The position numbers and the translations under genes were made by a program. DNA of 64,000 bases from NCBI RefSeq assembly GCF_006345805.1, contig NW_021835470.1:6201-70200 (forward strand), given 5' to 3'. Every line of letters begins with the position of its first letter. Position 1 is the stretch's first letter. The notes beneath the pieces were generated by a model. It was not told the origin of the DNA. It searched no databases and saw nothing but the letters and a program-made list of their open reading frames with translations. Shown piece after piece: positions 23,513 through 37,907 of this stretch. This DNA comes from Octopus sinensis (Eukaryota).

Positions 23513-24263
23513 CGTAATTATATAAGACGTCGCAACATATCCTTATATTGTGATGTAGATTGAAGATATTGTGTGTACCGGGGATTTATATTTTCTGATA
23601 CATCACAGCGAGGGAAGAAAACGTGCATTTTTCATTATCAGAAATTTTCTTTCATCAGCTGCCAATCAGATAAACTTATAATTTCGACACCTTGTATATA
23701 CATACTCATATATATGCGTGTGTGTGTTTGTGTGTGTGCGTGTGTGTGAGAGAGAGGGAAAAAGAGATTGAATGTGTATGGATGCATAAGAGCCTAAGAT
23801 TAGCACCAATCTATAGACATAATTCTCATCTTCCAGTATCGGAATATGTACTTATGTGACACACGCTCGTGTGTCTCTTAGAGTGCGTGCGCAGGAAAGA
23901 ACATTTTTTTTCCTTTTGGAATTGCAGATAACGGTGATGTTTGTCTGAAAAATCACATGACAGTTCTGAAATATCTAAGCCAAATATTTTGTGTCGGAGC
24001 CGATAGATTCCTATTTCTGAATCTATGTTATCAAGCAGTGAAATGTCAACTTGCAATTTTATATATTTGTATTGTAATGGTGAGAGTAAAGAGGAAAGAG
24101 ATTTAAACAAATACAGGCAAACACTTAGACTACACTTATATATAGATGTATAGAATATTTGATAATCAACTTGAACCACCCATGAATGTAGCAGCGGGTT
24201 ATCCATCATACTTTCAAACAATGGGGGTGAGGAATCATACACATTTACGTTATAGAGTCAGGC

Positions 24264-24649
24264 ATGGAGGCGCAATGGCCCAGTGGTTAGCGCAGCGGAC
24301 TCGCGGTCATACGATCGCGGTTTCGATTCCAGACCGGGCGTTGTGAGTGTTTATTGAGCGAAAACACCTAAAGCTCCACACGGCTCCGGCAGGGGATGGT
24401 GGTGATCCCTGCTGTACTCTTTCACCACAACTTTCTCACTTTTACTTCCTGTTTCTGTTGTATCTGTACTTCAAAGGGCCGGCCTTGTCACTCTCTGTGT
24501 CACGCTGAATATCCCCGAGAACTACGTTAAGGGTACACGTGTTTGTGGAGTGCTCAGCCACTTACACGTTAATTTCACGAGCAGGCTGTTCCGTTGGTTC
24601 GGATCAGCCGGAACCCTCGTCGTCGTAACCGACGGAGTGCTTCCATCCA
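24264..24649 (+). mobile_element. Arg-tRNA-headed SINE, tail type B1, full length
   Basis: Collinear with 16091-16474. TSD AGTCAGGC at 24256-24263 and 24653-24660. Confidence 0.9.
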
Positions 24650-25419
24650 TACAGTCAGGCGTATATTTCCTTCATATTTTTTTTATTGAACCTTCATTTT
24701 ATAATTATTGCTTGAAATGTGGACATCTACACTACGATGCTATGCTAAACCGATATCAGCTTCTTAATATATAAATTTAAAATGGCGAATATTCTGGATT
24801 TGCTCACAAATACAGGTGAAAACACCTTATTAACTATTAAACATGTAGAAACAATAGTATTTTGTATGCATTTATGGTGAAGCATGAATAAGAAAGAGAA
24901 AAGTGCATAGAATTAATAAAACATTTCTAAATATAAACCTGAACAGATACACACGCACACACACACATACTCACCAACACAAAACATGCGTAAAAGTTAT
25001 ATATGTGTGTATATATATATATATATATAATATATATATGATACAAGAACACCGAATAAAAAGAGAAATGAAAGAGCAAGAGGAAGAGAGAGAAAGATAG
25101 AGAGAGCAAGAGAGAGAGAGAGAGAGAGAGACTGATGCGACAGCTACGTAATGTCTCCCAATTTTAGTATTAGTTTTACACAGCAGAGCATCCTTAAATA
25201 TTGATATACCGAAGAGTGTCCTTAGACATATATTGCGGGAGGCTATTCATGAATAATGACGATAAATAGAATACATGAATAGAAAGTTTGATACATAAAT
25301 GTACTAGCAATAAGGGAACTAAATGATGCGAGTGGACATCTACAGCTTCCGAGATAGAAAGTCAAAGACAATGCTAATAACTTGTATAGAAAGATAAGAA
25401 TCTAATGTGGATGTAGTGA

Positions 25420-25686
25420 ATTCGATTCACGAACCTCACTTTATGTTGTGTTCTTGAGCAAGTCGTTATTTCACGTTGCTTCTGTCCACTCCGCTATAGA
25501 AATGAATTGCGACGTCACTGGTGACAATCTGTTCTCGTCTTTGACTTTCTCTTGAATAAAATCGTTGGTGAAGGGAATGGGAGATTGCTGGTCTTCCATA
25601 AATAACCTTGCCCAGACTTGTGTCTCGGAGGGGATCTTTCTAGGTGCAATCCCATGGTCATTCATGACCGAAGGAGGGGCTCTTTC
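25420..25686 (+). mobile_element. Degenerate SINE sharing the TGTGTTCTTGAGCAA body with family D but with a different 3' part
   Basis: tgttgtgttcttgagcaagtcgttatttcacgttgcttctgtccactc resembles the family D body. The head is decayed. Confidence 0.45.
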
Positions 25687-26011
25687 TGGTATGGGTGTGT
25701 GTTTATGTGTATTTGTGAATGTGAGTGCGTGCACACAAGTGCATGCATGACAGCATGGCGCAATGGTTGTCATCTTCAGACATTTGGAGTATTCTATTCA
25801 ACACCTAGCACAAATGCATTCTGGTCATCATACGTATAAACTTCACACATACATTTACAATCACGCACACACATTTACACTCACGGTCACACATTCACAC
25901 TGATATGCAAACACAAATACACACATACATGCACGCACACACACAGCACATACGTACACAGATGTGTGTGTGTGTTCACAACTCTATGAAATATAGTTTC
26001 GTGTGTAAAGC

Positions 26012-26480
26012 TACAGGAGTGGCTGTATGGTAATTATCTTGTTTCCCAACCACATGGTTCCGGGTTCAGTCCTTGGGCAAATGTCTTCTACCATAGTCTC
26101 GGCCCACCCAGAACCTTGTGAGGGAATTTGGTAGACGGAAGCCGAAAGAGGCTCGTCTCACACACAAAAACACACAAACACACACACACACACATATATA
26201 TGTGTGTGTGGGTGGGGAGAGTCTTGTTTGTGTTTGTCAACCACCCCCAGCACCACTACCACCACCCCCAGCACCACTACCACCACCACCATCGTTTGAT
26301 AGCGGTTGTTGGTGCGTTTACCTCCTCGTAACTTGACGGTTCGGCAAAAAGAAGCCGATTGAATAAGTACTAAGCTTACAAAAAAATAAATCCTAGTGTA
26401 GATTTCTTCGACTAAAAACAACCCTTTATGAAAGTGCTCCAGCATGGCCGCAGTCAAACGATTGACACGAGTAAAAGAGT
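26012..26480 (+). mobile_element. SINE family A, diverged, with an internal (CAC)n expansion
   Basis: Head caggagtggctgtatggtaa...ggttccgggttcagtcc; tail gctccagcatggccgcagtcaa...gtaaaagag. Confidence 0.8.
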
Positions 26481-27097
26481 TGAAGAATAAATTAGGGGAA
26501 CTACAAAATAAATACTGAATTAATGTAAAAACTGAGGCCAATGTGAATGGCTAATGTCTGACCCTCGAAGGCAGTGCCCCGCCATGATAGTTGTCAAATT
26601 ACATGAAACAGTAGCAAAATAAAATAATACTTCTGGATACACATCAACATAGATATATAGTTTTTACTGTCTTCCAAAAGATTAGTAAGACAAATTCCTC
26701 GATTGTCTGGATAATGTTTACATTTCGCTAAATGTTTATTCAATGGTTTACCTCAAAAACATAGGCAGTCTGTGTGCCGATAATATTTGCAATAATTCTC
26801 CTCTGCTGTGTTTTCACTAGCTGATGGAAATATAGGAAATATATTTCGTTTATTTAACTGTCATGTCTGGAAGATAAGTGAGAAAATGAAAGGATAAATT
26901 ATTTCCTTTCTATCTCGATGACAACAACGCAATTATTGTCATGAACATGGTAGCCAAAAATTACTAATCATTTTAGCCATCAGCTTTTGTATATTAATCC
27001 GTATCGCTGATTATACTCACCACTTCAGATTTTAACATATTCATTTACTTTTAAAATAAGTGTCATTCAAAAGAAAAAATTATCTTTGTCACAACTA

Positions 27098-28105
27098 CAA
27101 TGGTTGGACTAAATAATGGAAACACCTTAAAATTTCAAACAAATTTATTTTAAAACAGTCTCCAGTACTTGTAGTGATAATGGTGGAGGATATCGAATCC
27201 TCACTTGCTTTTCTAAAATGCACCATAAATGTTCAATAATATTGAGATCTGGGGACTGTGGTGGCCACGTAAGATGTTCAACTTCACTAGAATGTTCCTC
27301 AAGCCATTCAGAAACAACTTTAGCTGTGTGAATTGGTGCATTCTCATCCTGAAAGATTGGCTTTCTCTCCTGAAACAGTTCCGCAACCATAGGATGAATT
27401 TGATGAGATAAAATGCTGAAATAATCTTGACTATTAATTCTGCCATGAAGGGAAATCATTGGATTTCGAAGATATTGACCCCTCCCCCAGATTATCACAT
27501 ATACTCCTTCATGTTTAGCAGTTAGAAGGAGGCAGTCTGGGTCAAATGCTTCTTTTGGTTGTCTCCACACGTTTGCTTTTGAAAGTAATTGTTTTCTGAT
27601 TGCTGCCCTCCCGTGAAATCCGGATTTGTGCAGCTCCCAGCGAAGAGGTTTTGTGGAAACTAGGTTCTCGAGGTGGTCGCTAAGTTCTGCAGTAATTTTT
27701 GGATCTGTACTTTTGTGATCCTTTCTAACAATATGCATAAGAGTCCGACGGTCCCTATCTGAATGTTTTGGTTTTCTTCCGGAGTTTTGTTTCGATGAGG
27801 TTTTTCCCTCTTTCTCAAAGTCCGTCATTACTTTCGAGACAGTACCAAACATTTCGGCTGTTTTCGTTACGCTAGCGCCTGCCATACGAGCAGCAACAAC
27901 TTGATCTCTTTGACAGTCATTTTAATGAATTTATTTACCATTTTCTGATAATATCTGAAAAACAAAACGGCGAATTTAGCAAAACATATGAAGCTACACT
28001 AATAATAAATAAAAAAAAAACATAAAAATAAACAAGCTTTTGACGGTTTTATAGATATTTCAAAATTATGATGCTAGGTGTTTCGGTTATTTTGTCCAAC
28101 CCCTG
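27098..28105 (-). mobile_element. Internally deleted Tc1-family transposon (DD36E spacing, Incomer-like)
   Basis: Imperfect ~28-bp TIRs CAATGGTTGGACTAAATAATGGAAACACCT and CAGGGGTTGGACAAAATAACCGAAACACCT, with TA at 27096-27097 and 28106-28107. Confidence 0.9.
27145..27885 (-). pseudogene. Tc1 transposase remnant (246 aa open frame)
   Basis: HTH region (SGRKPKHSDRDRR...ITAEL), KHEGVYVIIW, FQDENAPIHTAK and WPPQSPDLNIIEHLW. The segment carrying the first catalytic Asp (DES) is missing, and the second Asp position reads Glu. Confidence 0.88.
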
Positions 28106-29215
28106 TACATTACCAAACTCCTTACTCTTGTTTCATTCTCATCATCTTATTTTATTTATAATGAAATATTAAGGTTGCAAGCATTCTACTATTGCCATTT
28201 ACTTTTCAAATCAACTACATATGTATCATTAAAAATATTTGTCTCTATAATAGTGTTACCTATTCTATAATTATAATAAATTCTATCATAGTCGCTAAGT
28301 CCCATATTCCAGTGTTCTTTATTCTACAACCAATTTCAAAATACACGTACCAGCAACAAAAAAAATCTATATACTATTCCTACTAAGCTGCGAAATAGAA
28401 AGACAGCTTAGTACAGAAACGCTGATATTTATTGCAAAACTTAATTTAACGGTAATTGATGATGGAACTAATTTCAAGTCATGTCAAGTCTGATTTTCCA
28501 ACTCTTCGTTTCCACATCTCATAAGCCAATCGGCAACCTAAATTATCTAGATGTGTTAATTCGTTTTCAACTTTATATCTTATCATCATTGATATTATAT
28601 TCTCGAAAGTAATATCAATGAGCCCATTTCAACTGAAAATATAAATATGCTTAGGCATCATCAAAATGACTGGCCAGTTTCATTTTCGTTCTCCTTGTTA
28701 AACACGTATTTTTATTAAATACCACGAAGGCTATTTGAAACCTATCTTACCATTATTTGGTATATTTTGATATATCTTTTCAAGAGTTTTCATCTTGAAC
28801 ACTTGTATGAAAACACAACGAAAGTATTAAGCAGAAAACTTCAGTCACATATATGTAGAGTCATGTGCGAGAAGGTTTTAGATGCTTAAAGAAATTCCGA
28901 TATCAAATAAAACAAATCTTTTAAAATGTAAGACACTTGGTTACTAATATAAGACACTTGATTACACATACATCTGTATGTATGTGTGTCTGTGGGCGTG
29001 TGTATGTTTGTGCGCATGTGTATGTACGCGCACGGATATGTGTATGTGACAAATATCGGCGGGCATATCCATTTATGAAGAGCTGGACTCATTAGGCACT
29101 AGCGTAGCCACAAGTGTAAAGTATAAATATGTTTCGTACACAATAGTCTTATTGACCAATGATGATCTTTCTCGGTACTTAATGTACAGAAGTATTGGGG
29201 TACCGCCTTGCAAAC

Positions 29216-29293
<78 letters not shown>

Positions 29294-29589
29294 GCGTTAA
29301 TTTTCATCTTTTACTTGATTCAGTTTTTACACTGCGGCCATTGTGAGGCATCACATTGAAGAAATCTAGCCGAAATAATCGGTCACATAACTTAGTTTAT
29401 AAGACTGGTACTTATTCTGTCATTACATTTTTCTGAACCACTAGATTATAGGAACGTAAACAAACCAACACTGGTTTACATGCAGTGGTAGGGACAAACA
29501 CAGACGCGAAGACTAACACGCATATATATACACATACATACACGCACACGCACACACATATAAATATATATATATATATATACACATCC

Positions 29590-29684
<95 letters not shown>

Positions 29685-30213
29685 GCTTGTGTATATACGT
29701 TATGATGTATATGTATACATATATATGTGGGGGGGGCATATATTTGCGCGCATATTTATTTGTATATTTGTATACTTATAGGAACGAGAATCATTTCACT
29801 CTCTATACATCTATCTATTTTTCTCTTTCCCTCTCTAATTTTCTGTTTCTTTTTCTTTCATTTGTTATTCTTCTCCCCCCCCTTTTCTTTCTCTCCACTC
29901 ACTTGTTATTCGCTGTTGTTTTTTTTTTCCTTTTCTTACTTTTGCCTGTTACAACTAAGTTGTATAAGCACATACCAAGAGATTTTGTGCGCGCGCGCGT
30001 GTCTGTGTGTGTTTGTGTGTGTGTGGCAGCATGCATATATATGCATTTGTATATATTTATGTTTTACCTATATATGTCTCTATATGTATGTAGCCATGTA
30101 CCTACGTCAGAATGTTTGGTGTATATATGTATATTATATATTGTGTGGTATGTGTATGTATTGTTAAATATATATGTATTTTAACGTGAAATTTTTTTAA
30201 AAACAGATATATA

Positions 30214-30383
30214 GGTGCAGGAGTGGCTGTGTGGTAAGTAGCTTGCTAACCAACCACATGGTTCCGGGTTCAGTCCCACTGCGTGGCATCTTGGGCAAGT
30301 GTCTTCTGCTATAACCCGGGCCGACCAATACCTTGTGAGTGGATTTGGTAGACGGAAACTGAAAGAAGCCTGTCGTATATATG

Positions 30384-30414
<31 letters not shown>

Positions 30415-30633
30415 ATATATATGTTTGTGTGTCTTTGTTTGTCCCCCTAGCATTGCTTGACAACCGATGCTGCTGTGTTTACGTCCACGTCACATAGCGG
30501 TTCGGCAAAAGAGACCGATAGAATAAGTACTGGGCTTACAAAGAATAAGTCCCGGGATCGAGTTGCTCAACTAAAGGCGGTGCTCCAGCATGGCCGCAGT
30601 CAAATGACTGAAACAAGTAAAAGAGTAAAAGAG
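30214..30633 (+). mobile_element. SINE family A, full length, young
   Basis: Complete head, body, microsatellite and tail; highly similar to the copies at 2795 and 53989. Confidence 0.92.
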
Positions 30634-31402
30634 TATATATATATATATATATATATATCAAGCTTCTTTAGATTTCCCTCTGCCAAAACGACTGACAACG
30701 CTTGAATTTGGACGGCTCGAGGCCATCGTAAAACATTGTAGACGCTTAGGAAGGAATCTTTTAAACACAAGTCCATATATATGTAGGTATTTATATACAT
30801 GCATGTAAACATAGGTATAGATACATATTTGTAAATATATGCGTTTGTGAGTGAGAGAAATAGAGAGTGAAACGGGAGAGAGATGGAGAGGGTACGTGTA
30901 TGTGTGCATATATCCACTCAATGGTGTGGGTAGGGCTGGCTGGAGCCCATGGACACAGAAGAAATGAAGAGAAACCTTTTGAAAAAATTGACACAACACG
31001 TATAGCTTTTGTTTAGCAATTATGAAATTGTACGTCATCTTTAGTAGCAGAATTTTCGAAGTACGATTTAACAAAATCTTTGATTCAATACTTCTGGCTT
31101 TGCTAATTATAGATTTGATTCCATCATTAGTTATATAGAAAGGATTTTGCGGTTAATGACAAAGAAATGTGAATATTAATTTATCCTTTTAAAAATGTTA
31201 TATCGAATGGAAAAATCATGTTTCTAATCAACAGGTTTCAGCCTGTGAATAGAGAAGTTGTTTAGTTTTTTAACATTTTTTTTCAATATCAAAGAGGATA
31301 ACAAGAATCCATTGTTAAAAGGGTAACTAGAGGAAAAATCGCGCGCACACCTGTACACGCGCAAACACACGTAGACACATAGATACACAGATACATACAT
31401 AT

Positions 31403-31447
<45 letters not shown>

Positions 31448-32220
31448 AGCTTCTTAGATTTCCCTCTGCCAAAACGACTGACAACGCTTGAATTTGGACG
31501 GCTCGAGGCCATCGTAAAACATTGTAGACGCTTAGGAAGGAATCTTTTAAACACAAGTCCATATATATGTAGGTATTTATATACATGCATGTAAACATAG
31601 GTATAGATACATATTTGTAAATATATGCGTTTGTGAGTGAGAGAAATAGAGAGTGAAACGGGAGAGAGATGGAGAGGGTACGTGTATGTGTGCATATATC
31701 CACTCAATGGTGTGGGTAGGGCTGGCTGGAGCCCATGGACACAGAAGAAATGAAGAGAAACCTTTTGAAAAAATTGACACAACACGTATAGCTTTTGTTT
31801 AGCAATTATGAAATTGTACGTCATCTTTAGTAGCAGAATTTTCGAAGTACGATTTAACAAAATCTTTGATTCAATACTTCTGGCTTTGCTAATTATAGAT
31901 TTGATTCCATCATTAGTTATATAGAAAGGATTTTGCGGTTAATGACAAAGAAATGTGAATATTAATTTATCCTTTTAAAAATGTTATATCGAATGGAAAA
32001 ATCATGTTTCTAATCAACAGGTTTCAGCCTGTGAATAGAGAAGTTGTTTAGTTTTTTAACATTTTTTTTCAATATCAAAGAGGATAACAAGAATCCATTG
32101 TTAAAAGGGTAACTAGAGGAAAAATCGCGCGCACACCTGTACACGCGCAAACACACGTAGACACATAGATACACAGATACATACATATATATATATATAA
32201 TATATATATATACATACTTA
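30634..32220. repeat. Near-identical 787-bp direct tandem duplication bounded by (TA)n tracts
   Basis: The unit starting tcaagcttc at 30658 recurs at 31445. The ORF track shows duplicated peptides at 30791 and 31577. Confidence 0.93.
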
Positions 32221-34088
32221 CATATAAGTGTGCATACGTACATACGTACATGCATACACACACACAAACACACACACACACAAACATATATATATATACA
32301 TATACAAAAAAAAGGCTTCCTCGATCTTTACTCAAATTTTAAGAGATTTCTATTTTAAAGATCAAATGGGAATCAGAGAGAGGATGTATCATGTATTATA
32401 TTCCTAATTTCATCAAAATATGTTTGTGTGTGTGTGTCAGAGTTGATAAGAAGTTAGACTTGTAGACATGCGTTCGTGAGTCTAATCCCCACCACCTGCT
32501 CAGTATTTTCGGTAAGTGACGCTGACCATGACGACTGCTCTACTGAATTCTTGTGAGGGTAACGGTAAAATGATATTGTAGAAGCCCATATTCGGAATTG
32601 AACTGGCAATCCGAAGGCCAAACTTGGTGCGCCTAGTATGTTTTTTCCATGCATTAGAATCTATTTACTGGTAAATGTGTCTGTGCAATAATCTCTCGTT
32701 CTAAATATTAGTGAAAAAGCTGTTTGTTTGATAAATCAACTGAAAAACTGACGTCGAAATTAACGGACTTCGGTTTATTATTTATAATCTTATACGAATA
32801 TATAAATGTGTGTTTGTGTGTGTTTGTTTGTGTGCGTGTTTGAGTCGTATGTTTCCTCATAGATAATTCAAATATTTATTACAGTGCATATTCCATTATT
32901 ACAAAGGAGAAAAAGAAAGAGAGAAAACGAAAAATGTAGAGTAAAAATTCGAGATGATTTTAAATACAGAAATTCAAAATATATCCTTTATTAATTATGT
33001 AGAATTGTTTAATACATTTAAATGGAAATGCGTTGAACATAATTCAAGATACTGATAGTTTTTTCTTGTTTCTATTTCCTGTTATTTTTATGGAGATATA
33101 TGCTTTTTACCTTTTTCTTAGGAAATAGATTTAAAATAGAAGGAAATTCCATTGTAATAGTTAATTATTTTGCTTCACAATTGAGTTTGCATTCAAAATT
33201 TAGTTTGCATTCAGTCAACAGTCTTGAGGATTAAGTTTATATACAGAATTAGTTAATTATGCTTGTATTTATTGTGTTGCTGTGCGTGCGTGCGTGCGCG
33301 CCCGCGCGTGTGTGTGTGGGTGTGTATGATTGCAGTAGTGAGTTGCAGTTTCTGCCAATATTATCTTGCTTAATTTCTTGTTAACAAAATTGCGATATGT
33401 ACATAATTTATATCTCGTAACGCAGATGTTCTGAGATAAATACAACAGCTCTTATCATCAACACTCGATCAGCCAACCTTACAATCTTGACATACCTTAC
33501 AATCCGACACATATTATACTACTAAAGGGTTTTCCTGAAATGTGTATTTTTCATATAGAAATATATAAATAGATCGGACGCATTTTCAAGAAAAGAATTG
33601 AATATGTTTAATAAGATAGAATCATTTATAGACTCATTAAAATTGTTATATTTACGTTGTACACCAATTCAGGCTGACAGAAAGAAAGTTCTCAAAACTT
33701 AAGATAAAATGCTTGTATCATTGTTTGTCAAGGCTCTGTAAACTCCAGAATGTGAATTATGTAAATATCTCTGGCTAACCTGAGTAGATATGATAAACAG
33801 TGTCTATAGCACTGCCTCAAAGGAGGTGAAGCATTCATGGAATTGCTCTGGGGTTGTAAGTATGAAAGACACACTCAACCCGATGAGGTACATTAATGAA
33901 AATCATATCAATACAGTTTGACGATCAGAAACAAGTATTTTTATATAAAAATTATTCTAAATGTATACTATGTATGCAGTTTAAACATCAAATGTACTAC
34001 TACTATACTGATATAAAAAGCATAGTATTGCTTTCACAGTCTAGCGATGCATGCTTCACGATTTACGTGCTTACTATATCAACCCATT

Positions 34089-34411
34089 CCCAGACCGGGC
34101 GTTGTGAGTGTTTATTGAGCGAAAACACCTAAAGCTCCTCGAGGCTCCGGCAGGGATGGTGGTGATCCCTGCTGTACTCTTTCACCACAACTTTCTCTCA
34201 CTCTTACTTCCTGTTTCTGTTGTACATGTATTTCAAAGGACCGGCCTTGTCACTCTCGGTGTCACGCTGAATATCCCCGAGAACTACATTAAGGGTGCGC
34301 GTGTCTGTGGAGTGCTCAGCCACTTACACGTTAATTTCATGAGCAGGCTGTTCCGTTGATTCGGATCAACTGGAACCCTCGTCGTCGTAACCGACGGAGT
34401 GCTTCCATCCC
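34089..34411 (+). mobile_element. 5'-truncated Arg-SINE, tail type B1
   Basis: Starts inside the B-box. 13-bp TSD ATATCA(A/T)CCCATT at 34076-34088 and 34412-34424. Confidence 0.88.
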
Positions 34412-36094
34412 ATATCATCCCATTGTCAGGTGACTGGTACTAGGTGACCGGTGATGTTTCATTTGGTAACTATTTCGTTTGTTGTAAGGCTATGGAGTTG
34501 AAGACAGCTTCCAGAATCAAAACGCATCTTCTGTCTAAGGATTTGTTTTGAATAAACTCTTCTCGGTGTAAGTATATTCATTATCAGAGTGAACCAGGAA
34601 TATGTTGCAATGGTGTCCAATTATAATCCACCAGATGCAACACTCAGCATTACATTTTCGCAAACTACAATATGATGAAGTGGTTGCAACAGAGCTACAA
34701 CATTGGAAAGATTGATTCTATTATATATTTAGAGGGAAGAACTTTGTGAACTTCATCATATATAAAAAGCTAAGAAATGACTTGTTATTGCCCTATTTCG
34801 GCACACATAACAATACATTAATGACAGAAACAGTTTGATATTTATCTAATCTCAATATAAATAGTTTGCATTTTGTAATATATTACCCAAGTAAAAGTAA
34901 ATACAAAGTATAATTTATAAATGCGGTTTTGATATAATACTATCGTGCTATCGGGGATCAATTCATTGAAATGGCAAATAGTACTACGAGAACGAAATTG
35001 ATGTGGTCACTACAATTAATAAATTGATAGCATTTTTGAAGACACATCATCTAATTGAGCTGTGAGTAATAGCATGAAAGAAAACATATTATTTATGATA
35101 TTTGTGATAAAAAATACTATCAATATAATTAGTAAATATCGTACGAATGTTAGATGTAAAAGGAAGATAGTTTCAAATATCATACTGTCTTCATCCTATG
35201 CGTCCAACAAAAGACAAAAGCATCGTTTATCAAAAATAAATGGGGCAAGTTGTAAGTGAATGCAAACGAAGGAAACCGCACTTTCGTAATTTACGCAGCA
35301 GTTCTGTCTTCGCCAACGTGTGAGGAGCAATAGCATTCAGTTACAAGGAAGTGTACTATCAAACAGTCACGATGGATTTAGACTAAGGTCAATGAGAAAT
35401 TATGGAAAAACAATAATGCTCACTATTGATTGTGAAGCAAAATGAAATTTAATTAATACATTGGTATTTAAAGCATTCAGAGGATTAAAACTTGAAATAT
35501 TTAGCAAAACATGTGAAGCCAATGTCTTTTCCTGTAGCTTAGCTTCATTTTCTTGGTGCGTGTATTGTCACACTTGAAATAGAATTCATTGGTCGTATTC
35601 ACTGGGTGTTTACTATCAATGACTGACCGTTGCTTATAAGGTTGTGGGACAGCCTCTTCAAATGGATTGGCTTAAATTGCATAAATTACTTCAATAACCT
35701 TGCAACAGCAAAATACGATGCAATTCCTGAAAAAATAATTCCCTGGAGCATCTAAAAATATTGGTAAGTTAAATTTATCATCTTGAAAATTTTGTATATT
35801 CAGTAATAGACAGAAACGGGCGGGAAACTCACTACATGTGAGAAAATCAACAATTAGATACAGGCCATGGAGCGAGTTTAATATTAAAAGAAAACGACAG
35901 AAAATATTGTTGTTAGTCGTATCAGCTGATTAATCTTAACTAATATGACAAAATTTTGATCAGTTCAATGTGAAATCTTTGGATATTATGTGAGAGAGAC
36001 CGTTAGGTTACAATGGATCTCTTGAAATAATGGCATTTGATGGCGAGGTTAAACAATTTACAGACGTAGTACAATATTATATGATGTATTAAGG

Positions 36095-36280
36095 TAGCAA
36101 ACTGGCAGAATCGTTAAAGCGGCTGACAAAATACCTACTCCATTACATTCTGAGCTCGAATTCCATTGTAGTCATCTTTATCTTTCCTGCCTCCACAGTC
36201 GGTAAAATAAGTACCAGTTGAGCACTGGGGTCGACGTAATCCACCAGCAACCTTCCTCAAAATTTCCGGCCTTATATCTA
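36095..36280 (+). mobile_element. Old Meta-domain SINE
   Basis: actggcagaatcgtta...gagctcgaattcc...ggtaaaataagtaccagttgagcactggggtcgacgtaatc. Confidence 0.65.
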
Positions 36281-37603
36281 TTGTATATATTGTTTCATAT
36301 ATATATAATACGTATACATATATTATTATACATATATGAAACGTTATGAAAGTGGTTTCAGATTGTTGAGTTTATGCCTTTATGAAATACTACTATTTCT
36401 GTGTAGGATGTATTTAGTGTGTGGGTGTATGAGCGTGTGCAAAAGAGTCAGTATAAAGTTCAATCTTTAGAACAATCAGTTTTGTTACAAATATCAAATT
36501 ACTTTATTTCCTTAATTGTTATTGAAATTTAACCTTGCCCTTAGCAATAAAATCATTTCTGCTTCCTGAGTTATCGCATGAATCGCATTTAACTAATTTG
36601 TTTAATAAACTAAATAAAAGAGTTATATGTTTTTGTGATCGATTCAATATAATGGCTGTGATATGATACGAACCTATCAGTAGAGGTGAACCATATAAAA
36701 CAAAAAATATCCCGCAGGTAAAAGAGAACTATAAATGTACAGTGATTAATTTATTTTCATATGATTTATATCAAGAATTATTATTTCTTAACTAAATACA
36801 TGATTATGCACTAACTGAAACAAATAGTTATGTAACTCAATTAGCTAATAGTAATTATTTAATGAAATTAATTGAAGGTCTCACAAATATCTGATTCCTT
36901 TCACTTATTGCAAGCTATTTCTAAAATGGCAGGCAGTAAATGGTTTAGTAAGTGTTGATAATTCTTTTGACGTTATCTGTTTAATGTAATAATATTTCAT
37001 ATTTCATCTTTTTTCACAATTCGAATTGTTTTCATTCAATACAAACCACCTTTGGGTCAATTTCACCAGATTGCTAATAGTTTCATTTACAGGAATCTCT
37101 GTCGCCTATAAGCATGCACATTATTAGCTATTGAAATTGCAAATAACTACATCAGTTCTCCAAGCTGTAACAGAAAGAGTGTTCTCTCCCCTGCGTTAAA
37201 AGCATTCTTATCGACAAAGAATTTATTTTATGGACAAGATGCTGCGAATCATATTTGCATTTCCAAATACATTCCGTGTAACTACGACGTATGTGTGTGT
37301 GTGTGTCGGGCGCAAGCGGGATGCCAACTGCTCTTTTACCGAAGGACAAGAAGCCGAAACCAAGAAGCTGAACGGACGCAATGCTGAAGGGACATAAAGC
37401 CGAGCGCGTATAAAGGCCAACGGACACAATGACGAAAAAAAAACCTACATAGTACATGGCTGTGTGGTAAGAATCTTGCTTCCCAACCATATGGTTCCGG
37501 TTCCAGTACTAAAGAATATTATATCCTCCATTTAAAAGATTTCCAGTGAAGGGAAGATAATTTAAAAAATACTAAATATATATGTATGTATGTATGTATG
37601 TAT

Positions 37604-37830
37604 ATATAATTTAGTGAAAAAACACTATTAAAAATTCAATAAAGATATGTTATTCACACCATATAGAAAACATATACTATATATAAAAACGATTTTTATA
37701 TAGTATTATATAGTATGTTTTCTATAGGTTGTTTAATAGTGATATAAATAATATACATATGTTATATAATGTAAAATTTATATAATGTAAAATTTGATTT
37801 AAAATTGTTAAATTGAATTTTTCCCTGTAA
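37604..37830. repeat. AT-rich fold-back insert (family shared with 57917-58430)
   Basis: Hairpin arms at 37660-37689 and 37692-37727. Both ends match the 57.9-58.4 kb copy. Confidence 0.65.
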
Positions 37831-37872
37831 GTTTTGGAATTATATTCCCTACTATTATTAGGGTTATTAGGG

Positions 37873-37907
<35 letters not shown>

